Assembly: GCA_964470965.1 (NCBI GenBank)
Contig: CAYYIS010000005.1
Span: forward strand, 88,057 to 152,056
Reading direction: 5' to 3'
DNA from: an uncultured Gemmatimonadota bacterium
GTDB lineage: Bacteria; JAAXHH01; JABIQT01
DNA length: 64,000 nt
Shown: piece by piece, positions 10,669-20,406 of the stretch
Layout: the number at the start of each line of letters is the position of its first letter
Numbering within the stretch: the stretch's first letter is position 1
The notes under the pieces: model-generated
Seen by the model: the letters and a program-made list of their open reading frames with translations, nothing else
Databases searched by the model: none
What the model was told of the DNA's origin: nothing
Program-made: the position numbers and the translations under genes

Positions 10669-11670
10669 TTACACTTCTCCGAGTACTCTCAGCGCCATGT
10701 CAAGAGCGCGGTATCCGTCTTCGCCGCTCGGTTCGGGGGGGGTCTTCTGCCGTACCGCATCTACAAAATATTGAATTTCTTTAAGAAACATATCCTCTTT
10801 AAGATAGGGATATACGGTACGCTCATTGTCGGGACCGTAGGACACCAGGTATCCGTGGGTATCCGTATCTATTTCTTCCGGCGACGGTCCGGTATCCCGG
10901 AACAGGAGGGCGCCTTCTGGACCTAGGGCATCGTGTATGCCGGGTGTATGGGTCCCTTTCGGCAACCCCCAAGAGCCTATTATCACATGCTGGTCGCCCG
11001 AGGCGAAGGTCATATGCGCGGTGCCGGTATCAAACGCCGACGAATCCGGTTTCAGCGTCACCATCGTGGACGCGACTTCCTGTAACTCTCCAAACGCGTA
11101 ACGGCAGAAGTCATAGTTGTGGACCATCCCATCGAGAAACGGCCCGGCACCCTGTTCCCTGTTAAGATACCAGGGGGAGGCCGGTCCACCACTGGAATAA
11201 ACTACGCGCCAAACGACAGGTCGGCCAATCGTGCCGCGTTCCACAAGCGTCTTAAACCAGTTCCATTCCGGACAGAACCGTCGTACGAACCCAAGCATCA
11301 GAGAAGCGCCGTGCCGGTCACAGGAGTCTATCATCCGTTGCGCTTCCGGAAGCGTTCGAGCCATAGGTTTTTCACAGAAGATGTACTTGCCCGCTTGGGC
11401 TGCCTGAGAGACGATGTCGCAGTGTGTGAATGTGGGAGTACAGACGAGTATGGCGTCCGGATTCTGCTCCAGGAGCGCATCGATCGTAGGGCTGACGACG
11501 GGGATTTCAAACTCCTCCTGGCGGCGTGTGCAGGCGTCCAGGTCGGTATCGGTGATCGCGATGACAGATGCGTTTTCTATGGATGCGATAGATTGCAGGT
11601 GCATTCCAGCGATCCCCCCTGCACCGACCACCCCAAGACTGACCGACATAGATCCTCCAATATTTATCAA
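10669..11670 (-). CDS. Gfo/Idh/MocA family oxidoreductase
   Basis: 333 aa. N-terminal NAD(P)-binding [12 protein letters not shown]. Typical length and C-terminal alpha/beta domain. Start may be at internal Met ([11 protein letters not shown]). Confidence 0.7.
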   Translation of the reverse strand: MINIGGSMSVSLGVVGAGGIAGMHLQSIASIENASVIAITDTDLDACTRRQEEFEIPVVSPTIDALLEQNPDAILVCTPTFTHCDIVSQAAQAGKYIFCEKPMARTLPEAQRMIDSCDRHGASLMLGFVRRFCPEWNWFKTLVERGTIGRPVVWRVVYSSGGPASPWYLNREQGAGPFLDGMVHNYDFCRYAFGELQEVASTMVTLKPDSSAFDTGTAHMTFASGDQHVIIGSWGLPKGTHTPGIHDALGPEGALLFRDTGPSPEEIDTDTHGYLVSYGPDNERTVYPYLKEDMFLKEIQYFVDAVRQKTPPEPSGEDGYRALDMALRVLGEV

Positions 11671-11673
11671 AAC

Positions 11674-13353
11674 TTACTGTTCCGACGACATTATCCTGAA
11701 ACGCAGATCTTCCACTTTCTCACGGACTTTCTGCTCCAACCTGCCATCGGGCGCCATGCGCAGATATCCCGCATAGGCATCGATCGCCGCCCGGTAATCC
11801 TGCTGTGCCGCCAGCACATTGCCCAGATTATAATACAACAACTCGGATTCAGGATCTACCACCAGACCGGCCTGGTACTGTTCAATGGCGTTTTCATACT
11901 TCTTTAAACCGACATACAGGTTGCCGATACGGGCATAAACTTCTGATGAGGACGGCTCGATGCGGATCACCTGCTTGTACGCATCGATTGCCTTCTGGGC
12001 ATGTCCCAGCCGTTTGTAGGCGATGGCCAGCATGCGGTAGGCATCTACATCATCGGGATTTCGCTCCAACAGAATTTCATACGTGCGGGCCACCTCATCC
12101 CACCTGTCCAGTTTCACGGCAACTGCACCCAGTGTCCGAAGCGGTGCATCTTCTTCAGGCTTCAGCGTAACCACCCGTTGAAATGATTCCATGGCTTCCC
12201 GGAGGCGCCCGCTGGATTCGTAAACGGAGGCGAGGCCGTAGTAGGAATCATAGTCTTCAGGCTTCAACTCAATGGCTCTGGAGTAGGCTCCGATGGCATC
12301 GGAGTACTGCCCCGTTTGTTCATAGGCGTAACCAAGAGAAAACGCGATGTCCGCATCATCCGGTTTTGTGGTCAGCGCTTTTTCGTAGGCGTCGATAGCG
12401 TCGATGATGTTTTCATTTCTCTCATAGGTGTAACCAAGAAGGAACAGATAATCGGCATTAAGGGGTTCCAAAGTCGCCGCCTGACGGTATGAGGCCAAGG
12501 CTTTTTCCCGATCTCCTTTTTTGTCGAAGGCGTAACCAAGGGCGAAATGAGCATCCGCATAGTTGGGATTAAGCTCCAGTGCCCTGCGATACAGGCGGAC
12601 GGCCCGATCGGTCTGTTCCGGCGTATCCATCTGGAAGAGGGCTGGCAGCCTTATCGCCAGCCTATCCACCCGGGTCCTGGTTCTGGAGCGGCCGATCGGA
12701 CCCAGGAAATCCACGTCGCCGGCATTCCCGTTTTCCGTCACGACTGGAGCGGGCGTCTTTTCACGGGTCAGGTCTTCAATCAGCTGGTTTATCAGGGCGG
12801 AGCGGTTGTTGTGATCTACTGTCCGCGTCGCGGTTTTAAGTGCTTCGCCGGTTTCACCGGAATAATGAGTAGCGGTTATCGTAAGCTCGTGTTCGATCCC
12901 TTCGAAGGAACCGGCTATCAGTGTTTCGGCGAAAAGCACGCCGCTGAGGCCGATCGCCGTTTCCGGGTCGAGCGTTCCCCGAAGAGGCAACTGCTCGCCG
13001 GCCATCATCTCTCGCACGAACGATCCGTCGGCCACGGTCCACCCTTTGCGTTCCCTGAAACGAACGGACATGGTCGCGCTGATGGTGGCGCGCAGCCAGT
13101 TCAGTTCCTGGTCGCCTGTTCGGTTCTCAAACGGCAGCACCGCTACATCCGCTGGACCCGATCCGACGGGTGTCAACGAGGTGGATGACGAGGTGTCGAT
13201 CACCCGGGCTTGTTTCGGCAAGGTACCGCCGCAAGCGGCGAACAACACAAGACAAACGAGGATGGGGTTATATACCTTCACGATGTATCTCTCCTGCCTG
13301 AAAGATCGTAGGCAAGCTAAAAACACGGCCAATCCTGAGATAATCCCTATCAA
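11674..13353 (-). CDS. TPR-repeat lipoprotein
   Basis: 559 aa. Lipobox-like LFAACGG near the N-terminus (true start probably internal, around 13281). At least 8 tandem 34-aa TPR units (repeated A..Y..AL.L.P...A pattern). Confidence 0.7.
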   Translation of the reverse strand: MIGIISGLAVFLACLRSFRQERYIVKVYNPILVCLVLFAACGGTLPKQARVIDTSSSTSLTPVGSGPADVAVLPFENRTGDQELNWLRATISATMSVRFRERKGWTVADGSFVREMMAGEQLPLRGTLDPETAIGLSGVLFAETLIAGSFEGIEHELTITATHYSGETGEALKTATRTVDHNNRSALINQLIEDLTREKTPAPVVTENGNAGDVDFLGPIGRSRTRTRVDRLAIRLPALFQMDTPEQTDRAVRLYRRALELNPNYADAHFALGYAFDKKGDREKALASYRQAATLEPLNADYLFLLGYTYERNENIIDAIDAYEKALTTKPDDADIAFSLGYAYEQTGQYSDAIGAYSRAIELKPEDYDSYYGLASVYESSGRLREAMESFQRVVTLKPEEDAPLRTLGAVAVKLDRWDEVARTYEILLERNPDDVDAYRMLAIAYKRLGHAQKAIDAYKQVIRIEPSSSEVYARIGNLYVGLKKYENAIEQYQAGLVVDPESELLYYNLGNVLAAQQDYRAAIDAYAGYLRMAPDGRLEQKVREKVEDLRFRIMSSEQ

Positions 13354-13451
13354 AACACCTTACAATCCACCACAATACCACCAATTTTCTGCCCTGTCAA
13401 GCTATGATTTTATTGTTGAGATAACGGTGTTTAACGTATAGAAGAATACTG

Positions 13452-13480
13452 TTGACAGTCATAGGCTGAGGGGGTATAAT
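13452..13480 (+). promoter_or_regulatory. Consensus sigma70-type promoter (TTGACA-17 nt-TATAAT) upstream of the GT2 gene
   Basis: TTGACA at 13452-13457, 17-nt spacer, TATAAT at 13475-13480. About 230 nt of leader lies before the ATG at 13710. The leader contains the palindrome ATTGCATCATGCAAT. Confidence 0.55.
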
Positions 13481-13709
13481 CGACGAGAAACCCCATAAAT
13501 CAGAGCATATGTGAGACCTCAAAATATTGCATCATGCAATGGGATAGGTGTGGTGCTGACCTCATCGTTCTACGCGGGAGATCTTGGTAGTTGTAGATGT
13601 GGCGGCAATCCAGCGTGGGAGGGGGTGCATTTGACCGGAGACGACCGATCCCACGGCATCAGAGGAAGCCGATATAGAAGGGGTAAGTGATGGTGAACAG
13701 GAGAAACAA

Positions 13710-14684
13710 GTGAAGCTGATTGTTCAGATACCAGCTTGGGATGAAGAAGCAACCATCGCTGACGTGATTGGTGATATACCGAGAAACATACCGAACGTCG
13801 ACGAGGTGGAGGTGCTGGTAATAGACGACGGTTCCACTGACAGGACGGTAGAAGTCGCACGTGAAGCGGGCGCAGACCATATCATTTCTTTATACCGGAA
13901 CCGTGGTCTTGCGACGGCTTTCCAGGTGGGTCTGGACGCCTGCCTGAAGCGAGGCGCCGATATCATCGTCAACACCGATGCGGATAACCAGTACCCTGGA
14001 GATCAGATTCCGCTCCTGGTAGACCAGGTCATCACACAACACGCCGACCTGGTGATCGCAGATCGCCAGGTGGCATCGGTCGCGCATTTCTCATTACAGA
14101 AGAGGCTGTTGCAGAAATTGGGCAGTTGGGTCGTGCGCGTGGCGTCGTCGACCTCTGTACCGGACGCACCCAGCGGCTTTAGGGCCTATACCAGAGAGAC
14201 GGCGATGCGGTTGTTTGTTACCACCGATTTTTCCTACACCATTGACAATCTGATACAGGCCGGCAGACGGAATCTGAACGTGTGCCACGTGCCGATCAGG
14301 ACCAGTGAAACTAGAGCATCTAAACTCCATGGGGGTAACTGGAATTTTGTCAAACGACAGGGCGGAACGATCGTAAGAAGCTATGCTTCGTATGAGCCCT
14401 TGAAAACATTCGTTTACCTGTCCAGTCCGTTCTTCGTGGCCTCTGCAATCCTCTGGATTCGGCTGGCTTACTTCTTTATCCGGGACGGCTTCGTGCTGCT
14501 GGGCCATATACAATCTCTGATGGTGGCAGGTATCCTTCTCATTACCGGGGTTCTGGTTTTGATGTTCGGCCTTCTCGCCGATCGTGTCGGCGACAACCGC
14601 AGAATGATTGACGAAATGATGTTCCGCCTTAGAAAATCTGAGCTTGATCTGATCGATTCGAGGAGGGAACAATCGGAAGTGTGA
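13710..14684 (+). CDS. Family-2 glycosyltransferase, polyprenyl-phosphate sugar transferase type (GtrB/DPM1-like)
   Basis: 324 aa. GT2 motifs VLVIDDGSTD and NTDADNQYP (DxD). Two C-terminal TM helices, typical of GtrB/ArnC-type enzymes. Confidence 0.75.
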   Translation: MKLIVQIPAWDEEATIADVIGDIPRNIPNVDEVEVLVIDDGSTDRTVEVAREAGADHIISLYRNRGLATAFQVGLDACLKRGADIIVNTDADNQYPGDQIPLLVDQVITQHADLVIADRQVASVAHFSLQKRLLQKLGSWVVRVASSTSVPDAPSGFRAYTRETAMRLFVTTDFSYTIDNLIQAGRRNLNVCHVPIRTSETRASKLHGGNWNFVKRQGGTIVRSYASYEPLKTFVYLSSPFFVASAILWIRLAYFFIRDGFVLLGHIQSLMVAGILLITGVLVLMFGLLADRVGDNRRMIDEMMFRLRKSELDLIDSRREQSEV

Positions 14685-15309
14685 GCCATTGAAACATTTG
14701 AGACGGCCGCTTGATTTTGATACAAATTGATCTCGTGAACAAATAGGCATATCCATGCGAAATCCCACATGCTCACCATATAGGTATTCGGATGGATGCT
14801 AGAATCGAACCAGCCCGCGAGGGGGCAATGGGATTGGCCCGGTGGTTTTTCCGACTGGGCTCTGAATCCCAATTGTGTCACCGACATGAACGAACCAAGG
14901 ACATGAGCAGAACCGATACCGGCTCCGGGTTCGGAGATGATCAAACGCGCCTTTCAGGCGGGAGAAGTGCATTCGGTATTTGACTTGTTGTTGCAGGAAG
15001 TCTACCGGGTGGACACAGACCTGAGCGCCACAGTCATCCGATTCGGCATCATACCCGACCGAACGGCTATCTTCCTAACATTCAGAGCCGGCTTGGAAGA
15101 GGATATCCCGTCCGACAACCTGGATCGTGCTCGCCAGGGGCAAGCTTTCGTGCTGGAAGCCCAAAGAATACGACCTGAACAGAATATAAGACGGTATTTT
15201 GGAAATTTTCCCGCGCCCGGAACACGGAGAAAACGCTTGACACTTTACGCCCCTAGACATACTTTGACAGCACAATTAGACACAGATTTCAAACTGTGAA
15301 TTACGCCGC

Positions 15310-16359
15310 TTGTCCCGTAGCATGAGGAGGCGTGTTGTGAGCGTTGAAACCGCCCCCGTTACGGAGGCTGACCTTCGTGACGACCACCTTGATGGCCTTG
15401 AACTGTCCCACAATGATTGCCGCAGACTCTATTATATCATGTGTCTCCAGCGGGAGTTTGAGACGCGTGTCTATACCCTCTTTAAACAAGGCCGCCTGAA
15501 AGGCGCCGCCTATGCCGGTGCGGGGCACGAAGCCATCGCTGCGGGTAGCGGCTATGCCATGTCCCCTCAGGATTACCTGGTCCCCCTCCACAGAACCATT
15601 GGAACACATTTTTTACGCGGCCATTCACCGAAGATCATGATGTGTCAGTACATGGGGCGTGCTAACGGTGCCACCGGCGGAAAAGACGGCAACATGCACT
15701 GCGGGGACTGGAGCAAACAGATCGTTGGCATGACCAGCCACTTGGGCGCTAATATTCCAACGGCTGCAGGCGTGGCGCTTGCCAGCAAGCTGCAGGGGAA
15801 AAACGGTGTAGCCCTGACTTTTATCGGTGAAGGCGGTTCCAGCATCGGCGATTTCCATGAAGGGCTGAACTTTGCGGCTGTAAGAAAGCTCCCCATGGTC
15901 CTTATCATTGACAACAACGGATACGCCTACTCCACGCCCACGGAACTCGAATATGCCTGCGAAAACCTGGTCGACCGGGCAGAAGGATACGGTATACCCG
16001 GCGTATTGATTGACGGCACGGATGTCCTCGCAGTATACCGAGAGACAAAGGCCGCATTTGAGCGGGCCAGAGCGGGAGAGGGGCCGACACTCATCGAGGC
16101 GAAAACTTACCGTCTACTCGGCCATGCCCAGCATGATCCTGCCGACTATGTACCTGAAGAAATCAAGGAAGAGGGAAGAAAGAACGATCCTCTGCTCCGT
16201 TGTGAAAGGGAATGGATCCAATTCGGATACTGCACACAGGAACAGATAGAAAAGATCAAAAGCGACTGCAGGCAGGAAATAGATGATGCTGTAGCATTGG
16301 CGGAGAGCAGTCCGTTACCGGAACCGGAAGATGCACTTACGGGCGTCTATGCAGATTGA
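15310..16359 (+). CDS. 2-oxoacid dehydrogenase E1 component alpha subunit (TPP-dependent)
   Basis: 349 aa. TPP-binding GEGG...GDF...NN motif (FIGEGGSSIGDFHEGLNFAAVRKLPMVLIIDNNGYAYST). ORF-track start is TTG; an ATG 12 nt downstream (15322) is an alternative. Confidence 0.8.
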   Translation: MSRSMRRRVVSVETAPVTEADLRDDHLDGLELSHNDCRRLYYIMCLQREFETRVYTLFKQGRLKGAAYAGAGHEAIAAGSGYAMSPQDYLVPLHRTIGTHFLRGHSPKIMMCQYMGRANGATGGKDGNMHCGDWSKQIVGMTSHLGANIPTAAGVALASKLQGKNGVALTFIGEGGSSIGDFHEGLNFAAVRKLPMVLIIDNNGYAYSTPTELEYACENLVDRAEGYGIPGVLIDGTDVLAVYRETKAAFERARAGEGPTLIEAKTYRLLGHAQHDPADYVPEEIKEEGRKNDPLLRCEREWIQFGYCTQEQIEKIKSDCRQEIDDAVALAESSPLPEPEDALTGVYAD

Positions 16360-16368
16360 GGGATACGA

Positions 16369-17349
16369 ATGGAAGCCATAACATATCTGGAAGCCATCTC
16401 AGAAGGTCTTCGTGAAGAGATGCGCCGGGATGAGAGCGTATTCTGTCTCGGGGAGGATATCGGCGCATACGGCGGAGCGTTCAAAATCACGAAGGGATTT
16501 CTTGAAGAATTCGGGGAGGATCGTGTGATCGATACGCCCCTGGCGGAATCAGCCATCATCGGTGCTGCCCTGGGGTCGGCGATCATGGGAATGCGCCCCG
16601 TAGCGGAGATGCAATTCGCTGACTTTATCACCTCCGGGTTTAATCAGATCGTCAACAATGCAGCCAAGACTCATTACCGCTGGGGTGCGGCAGTCCCTAT
16701 GGTCATCCGCTGCCCCTCAGGCGCAATGGGCAACGGTGGCCCATTTCACTCTCAAAATCCGGAAGCCTGGTTTTTTCGTGTGCCCGGTCTAAAAATCGTC
16801 GCGCCTTCGACCCCGTACGATGCCAAGGGATTAATCAAATCATCAATTCGAGATAACAACCCGGTGCTGTACTTCGAACATAAAGGTCTGTATCGCGACA
16901 CCAAAATCAAAGCAAGCCTTCCAGAAAACGATTTCGTGGTTCCGATCGGTGAAGGCCTCATTCGCAGGGAAGGAAAAGATCTGACGATCATCACCTACGG
17001 TATGATGGTACACAGGTCGCTGGAAGCTGCGGAACAGTTGTCCGAGGAAGGCGTGGCAGTGGAAGTCATCGACCTGCGTTCTCTATTGCCGTTCGACAAG
17101 AATATGATTCTCGAGTCGGTCAAGAAAACCAACCGTTTGCTTATCGTACACGAAGATACGCTAACGGGAGGTATCGGCGGAGAGATGGCGGCGATCATCG
17201 CGGATGAAGCATTCGAATTTCTCGATGCACCGATCAAGCGAGTGGCTGCGATTGACACCCCGATTCCTTTCAGCCCGCCTCTCGAGGAGTTCTTCCTGCC
17301 CAACACTGAGAAGATCACCGCCGCCCTTAAGGATCTGGCCGCATACTGA
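16369..17349 (+). CDS. 2-oxoacid dehydrogenase E1 component beta subunit
   Basis: 326 aa. Transketolase-like pyrimidine-binding and C-terminal domains (GEDIGAYGGAFKITKGF, AEMQFADF). Starts 10 nt after E1alpha. Confidence 0.85.
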   Translation: MEAITYLEAISEGLREEMRRDESVFCLGEDIGAYGGAFKITKGFLEEFGEDRVIDTPLAESAIIGAALGSAIMGMRPVAEMQFADFITSGFNQIVNNAAKTHYRWGAAVPMVIRCPSGAMGNGGPFHSQNPEAWFFRVPGLKIVAPSTPYDAKGLIKSSIRDNNPVLYFEHKGLYRDTKIKASLPENDFVVPIGEGLIRREGKDLTIITYGMMVHRSLEAAEQLSEEGVAVEVIDLRSLLPFDKNMILESVKKTNRLLIVHEDTLTGGIGGEMAAIIADEAFEFLDAPIKRVAAIDTPIPFSPPLEEFFLPNTEKITAALKDLAAY

Positions 17350-17359
17350 TGGAGTAATT

Positions 17360-18637
17360 ATGAGTTTAGATATCGTGATGCCGAAGCTCGGAGAGAGCGT
17401 CACGGAAGGCACCGTGGTCCGGTGGCTCAAGCAGGAAGGGGATGAGGTCGGAAGGGATGAGTCAATCCTTGAGATCGCGACGGATAAAATCGATACGGAC
17501 GTCCCCTGCATCACCGACGGGGTGTTAAAAAAAATCCTGGTGCACGATGGGGAAACGGTAGAAGTCGGCCAGGTGCTCGGTATCTTGGAAGTGGCAGGCG
17601 ATGACGAGACGGATGCCACGCCCGCAATCGAAACGGAAGCTGAGTCCTCTACGGCCGTTGAAACAGCGGGAGAACCGGTTGCCGAAACGGCGCCCTCCGA
17701 CGGCACAGATGACCCGTTGACCAGGGGAGACGGTGGTCGGTTTTATTCGCCGCTGGTCAGAAGTATTGCCCGTCGGGAAAGCGTTACCGGGGGGGAACTG
17801 GATGGTTTGAACGGAAGCGGCAGGCACGGCCGCGTTACCAAAAAGGATATACTGGCATACGTCGCCCAGCGCGCCGAATTACCAGCGGCACCTGCGATAA
17901 CGAGGCCTGCCTCACCGGCGCTGGCTTATACATCTGCCGAAGCGGACGTGCTGGTCATGGACAATGTCCGCAACGCGATTGCCGAACACATGGTTCGCAG
18001 CAAGGCCACCTCCCCCCATGTCACCTCGTTCACTGAAGTGGATATGACCCACATCTCCCGGTATCGGGAACAGGTCAAAGATGAGTTCCTGAAGAAGGAA
18101 GGGTTCAAGCTGACGCTGACGCCGTTCTTCATCGCCGCCATTGTCGATGCCCTCCGTACCAATCCCATGCTGAACGCATCGGTAGACGGTGATAAGATCC
18201 TACTTTGGAAGCACATTAATTTTGGACTGGCCGTGGGTCTTGAAAAAGGGGTTGTGGTTCCGGTTATCCAGCACGCGGAGGAAAAAAACTTCCTTGGGCT
18301 GGCTGGTGCGGCCTATGACCTGGCGGTTCGTGCACACGATAGAAAACTTAATCCGGATGAACTGCATGGCGGTACGTTCACGCTCACTAATCCCGGTATG
18401 TGGGGCACCATGTTCGGCACGCCCATCATCAGCCAGCCCCAGATCGGCATCATCGCAACAGGTGCTGTGAAAAAGCAAATGGTGGTCCGGGATGACGATA
18501 CTATTGCGATCCGCTCGATCATGTATATGAGCCTTTCGTACGATCACCGCGTTGTCGACGGGCTGAATGCAGCCCGGTTTACGCAGACCATCACGAAAAA
18601 CCTGGAACAGTTCGATTTGAGTGAGGTGGGAATTTAA
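17360..18637 (+). CDS. Dihydrolipoamide acyltransferase (E2) of a 2-oxoacid dehydrogenase complex
   Basis: Lipoyl domain with lipoyl-Lys in ATDKID. Ala/Pro/Glu-rich linker. Subunit-binding domain. Catalytic domain with DHRVVDG. The ORF-track start 17204 is an in-frame upstream extension overlapping E1beta; the ATG at 17360 follows GGAG and lies 10 nt after the E1beta stop. Confidence 0.85.
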   Translation: MSLDIVMPKLGESVTEGTVVRWLKQEGDEVGRDESILEIATDKIDTDVPCITDGVLKKILVHDGETVEVGQVLGILEVAGDDETDATPAIETEAESSTAVETAGEPVAETAPSDGTDDPLTRGDGGRFYSPLVRSIARRESVTGGELDGLNGSGRHGRVTKKDILAYVAQRAELPAAPAITRPASPALAYTSAEADVLVMDNVRNAIAEHMVRSKATSPHVTSFTEVDMTHISRYREQVKDEFLKKEGFKLTLTPFFIAAIVDALRTNPMLNASVDGDKILLWKHINFGLAVGLEKGVVVPVIQHAEEKNFLGLAGAAYDLAVRAHDRKLNPDELHGGTFTLTNPGMWGTMFGTPIISQPQIGIIATGAVKKQMVVRDDDTIAIRSIMYMSLSYDHRVVDGLNAARFTQTITKNLEQFDLSEVGI

Positions 18638-18664
18638 GGCTTCTAAAAAGGAGAATGAGAGGTT

Positions 18665-18720
18665 GGAGAAGGGAGAGGCCATGCCCTGATGCACTCCCCT
18701 TTCTTTCTCCCTTTTCGTTT
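18665..18720 (+). terminator. Possible intrinsic terminator after the E1/E2 operon
   Basis: Imperfect GC-rich hairpin (GGAGAAGGGAG ... CTCCC..TTCTCC) followed by CTTTTCGTTT. Stem has an internal bulge, so confidence is low. Confidence 0.3.
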
Positions 18721-18731
18721 AAGGGGACAGT

Positions 18732-19538
18732 ATGGCCGATGTACATATCGGCACCATGGGCTGGTCGTACAAGGAATGGGTCGGGCCTTTCTACCCTAAC
18801 GAAATGGACCAGAAAGTTTTCCTGGATTACTACTGTCAGGTTTTCAGTGCACTGGAGATCGACAGCACCTTTTACTTTATCCCCAAGGCGTCCGTGGTGG
18901 CGAACTGGAACAGCAAGACCCCGCCAGAATTCCGATTCACAGCCAAGATGCCCAGGATGATCACGCATGAGCGTAACCTGCTCGAATGTGAAGATCTGGT
19001 CGAAGCGTTTATGGTCAGCATTGGACTTCTGGGCCCCAAATTAGGCTGCGTACTGGTGCAGCTTCCGCCATCCTATCGATACAACCACCGGACAATGGAC
19101 CGCACGGCAAAGTTCGTGGACATCCTGCCTGCCTCCGACTTCCGTTTCGCCATCGAATTTCGTCATAAATCCTGGATACAGGCCGAGGTCTTCTCCCTGC
19201 TGCGAGCACATGGTATCGCCTGGACCATACAGGATCACCCTTGGCACATGCCGTTATATCCCGAACTTACGGCTGATTTCACCTACATAAGGTGGATGGG
19301 TGATAACGACGACGAACGCATCGAACATGTGGGAGAGGTCGTGATCGACCGATCCCACGACCTCATCAAATGGTCGGAGCGGTTGAAAAAAGACATACTG
19401 CCCCGCGTGGATACCCTGTTCGGCTTGTTCAACAATCACTATGCAGGCCACGCGCCCACCAGCTGTAACCAGATGAAGCGTCTGCTGGGGCTGGATGCGG
19501 TTAACCCTGATATCGGGAAGCAGATGAGTTTGTTTTAA
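18732..19538 (+). CDS. DUF72 family protein
   Basis: 268 aa. Characteristic DUF72 N-terminus (HIGTMGWSYKEWVGPFYP) and conserved YFIP/LVQLPPS blocks. Confidence 0.75.
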   Translation: MADVHIGTMGWSYKEWVGPFYPNEMDQKVFLDYYCQVFSALEIDSTFYFIPKASVVANWNSKTPPEFRFTAKMPRMITHERNLLECEDLVEAFMVSIGLLGPKLGCVLVQLPPSYRYNHRTMDRTAKFVDILPASDFRFAIEFRHKSWIQAEVFSLLRAHGIAWTIQDHPWHMPLYPELTADFTYIRWMGDNDDERIEHVGEVVIDRSHDLIKWSERLKKDILPRVDTLFGLFNNHYAGHAPTSCNQMKRLLGLDAVNPDIGKQMSLF

Positions 19539-20278
19539 CCAGCAGCAGCCAGGGCCTCCAAGTATGCCTTAGTCGTTTTTCCCAGACCCAAAACCAGGGC
19601 ATCAGCGATTAGCGCGTGGCCGATGGATACCTCCATCACATTGGGTACCGCACGGCAGAACTTGGTCACGTTGTCCAGGTTGAGGTCGTGACCGGCATTG
19701 ACCGCCAATCCAAGGTTTTGAGCATATTCACCGGCGGCAACAAAAGAGGACAGCACGTCCGCACAAGCATCTTCCCCTCGGCCGAACGCTTCGGCATACG
19801 GCTCGGTGTACAGTTCAATGCGGTCAGCGCCGACTTCCGGTACCAGGCGCATCTGCTCCGGATCCGGATCCATGAAAAGACTCACGCGGCATCCAAGGTC
19901 CTTCATCTCCTTAACGATCGGTTTCAGACGTTCCACATTCTCGACCATATTCCACCCGTGATCAGATGTAAACTGATCGGGATCGTCCGGAACCAGAGTG
20001 CACTGGGTCGGCGGAGTCTTACGGGCCACATCGAGTAAATTATGGTACGGATTCCCTTCGATATTGAACTCCACATCCGGAAACTCATTGAGCATATCAT
20101 ACAGGTCATCCACATCCCCGGGCGTGATATGGCGCTGATCCGGTCGGGGATGGACTGTGACACCGTACGCGCCGGCTTCGATCACGATGCGTGCCGCCTC
20201 TGTGACGCTGGGAATGCCGATGGTGCGCGTGTTGCGCAGCAGGGCTACTTTGTTCACATTAACGCTTAACTCGGTCAT
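19535..20278 (-). CDS. pdxJ: Pyridoxine 5'-phosphate synthase
   Basis: PdxJ signatures: NVNKVALLRNTR, GVTVHPRPDQRHI, VNAGHDLN, EVSIGHALI. Start set at the internal ATG (20278) preceded by GGGAG; the ORF-track start 20383 adds 35 non-conserved residues. Confidence 0.85.
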   Translation of the reverse strand: MTELSVNVNKVALLRNTRTIGIPSVTEAARIVIEAGAYGVTVHPRPDQRHITPGDVDDLYDMLNEFPDVEFNIEGNPYHNLLDVARKTPPTQCTLVPDDPDQFTSDHGWNMVENVERLKPIVKEMKDLGCRVSLFMDPDPEQMRLVPEVGADRIELYTEPYAEAFGRGEDACADVLSSFVAAGEYAQNLGLAVNAGHDLNLDNVTKFCRAVPNVMEVSIGHALIADALVLGLGKTTKAYLEALAAAG

Positions 20279-20406
20279 TTTGAGTACTCCCTTGCCTGTA
20301 TTGAATTTCCGTTGACGGTGTCCGATTTCCACCATACCATACCCACGCAGTTTGAATTTATTCAACAAGATAACACAATTCACTCATTCGGGACAGGAGG
20401 AATTGG

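Noticed and set aside
14788-14880. tRNA-like T-arm motif (GGTTCGATTC with flanking GCTGG/CTAGC) on the minus strand in the gap after the GT2 gene
   Set aside because: I could not build an acceptor stem, D-arm or anticodon arm around it. No 5' strand complements the 3' ATCCATC. It is probably a chance match.
14937-15299. 120-aa ORF upstream of the E1alpha gene
   Set aside because: No recognisable motifs, and the GGAG abuts the ATG with zero spacing. Region more likely contains the E1 promoter (two TTGACA boxes at about 15236 and 15263).
17204-17359. ORF-track 5' extension of the E2 gene overlapping E1beta
   Set aside because: In-frame read-through upstream of the real start. ATG at 17360 with GGAG 6 nt upstream and a lipoyl-domain N-terminus (MSLDIVMPKLGE) is the credible start.
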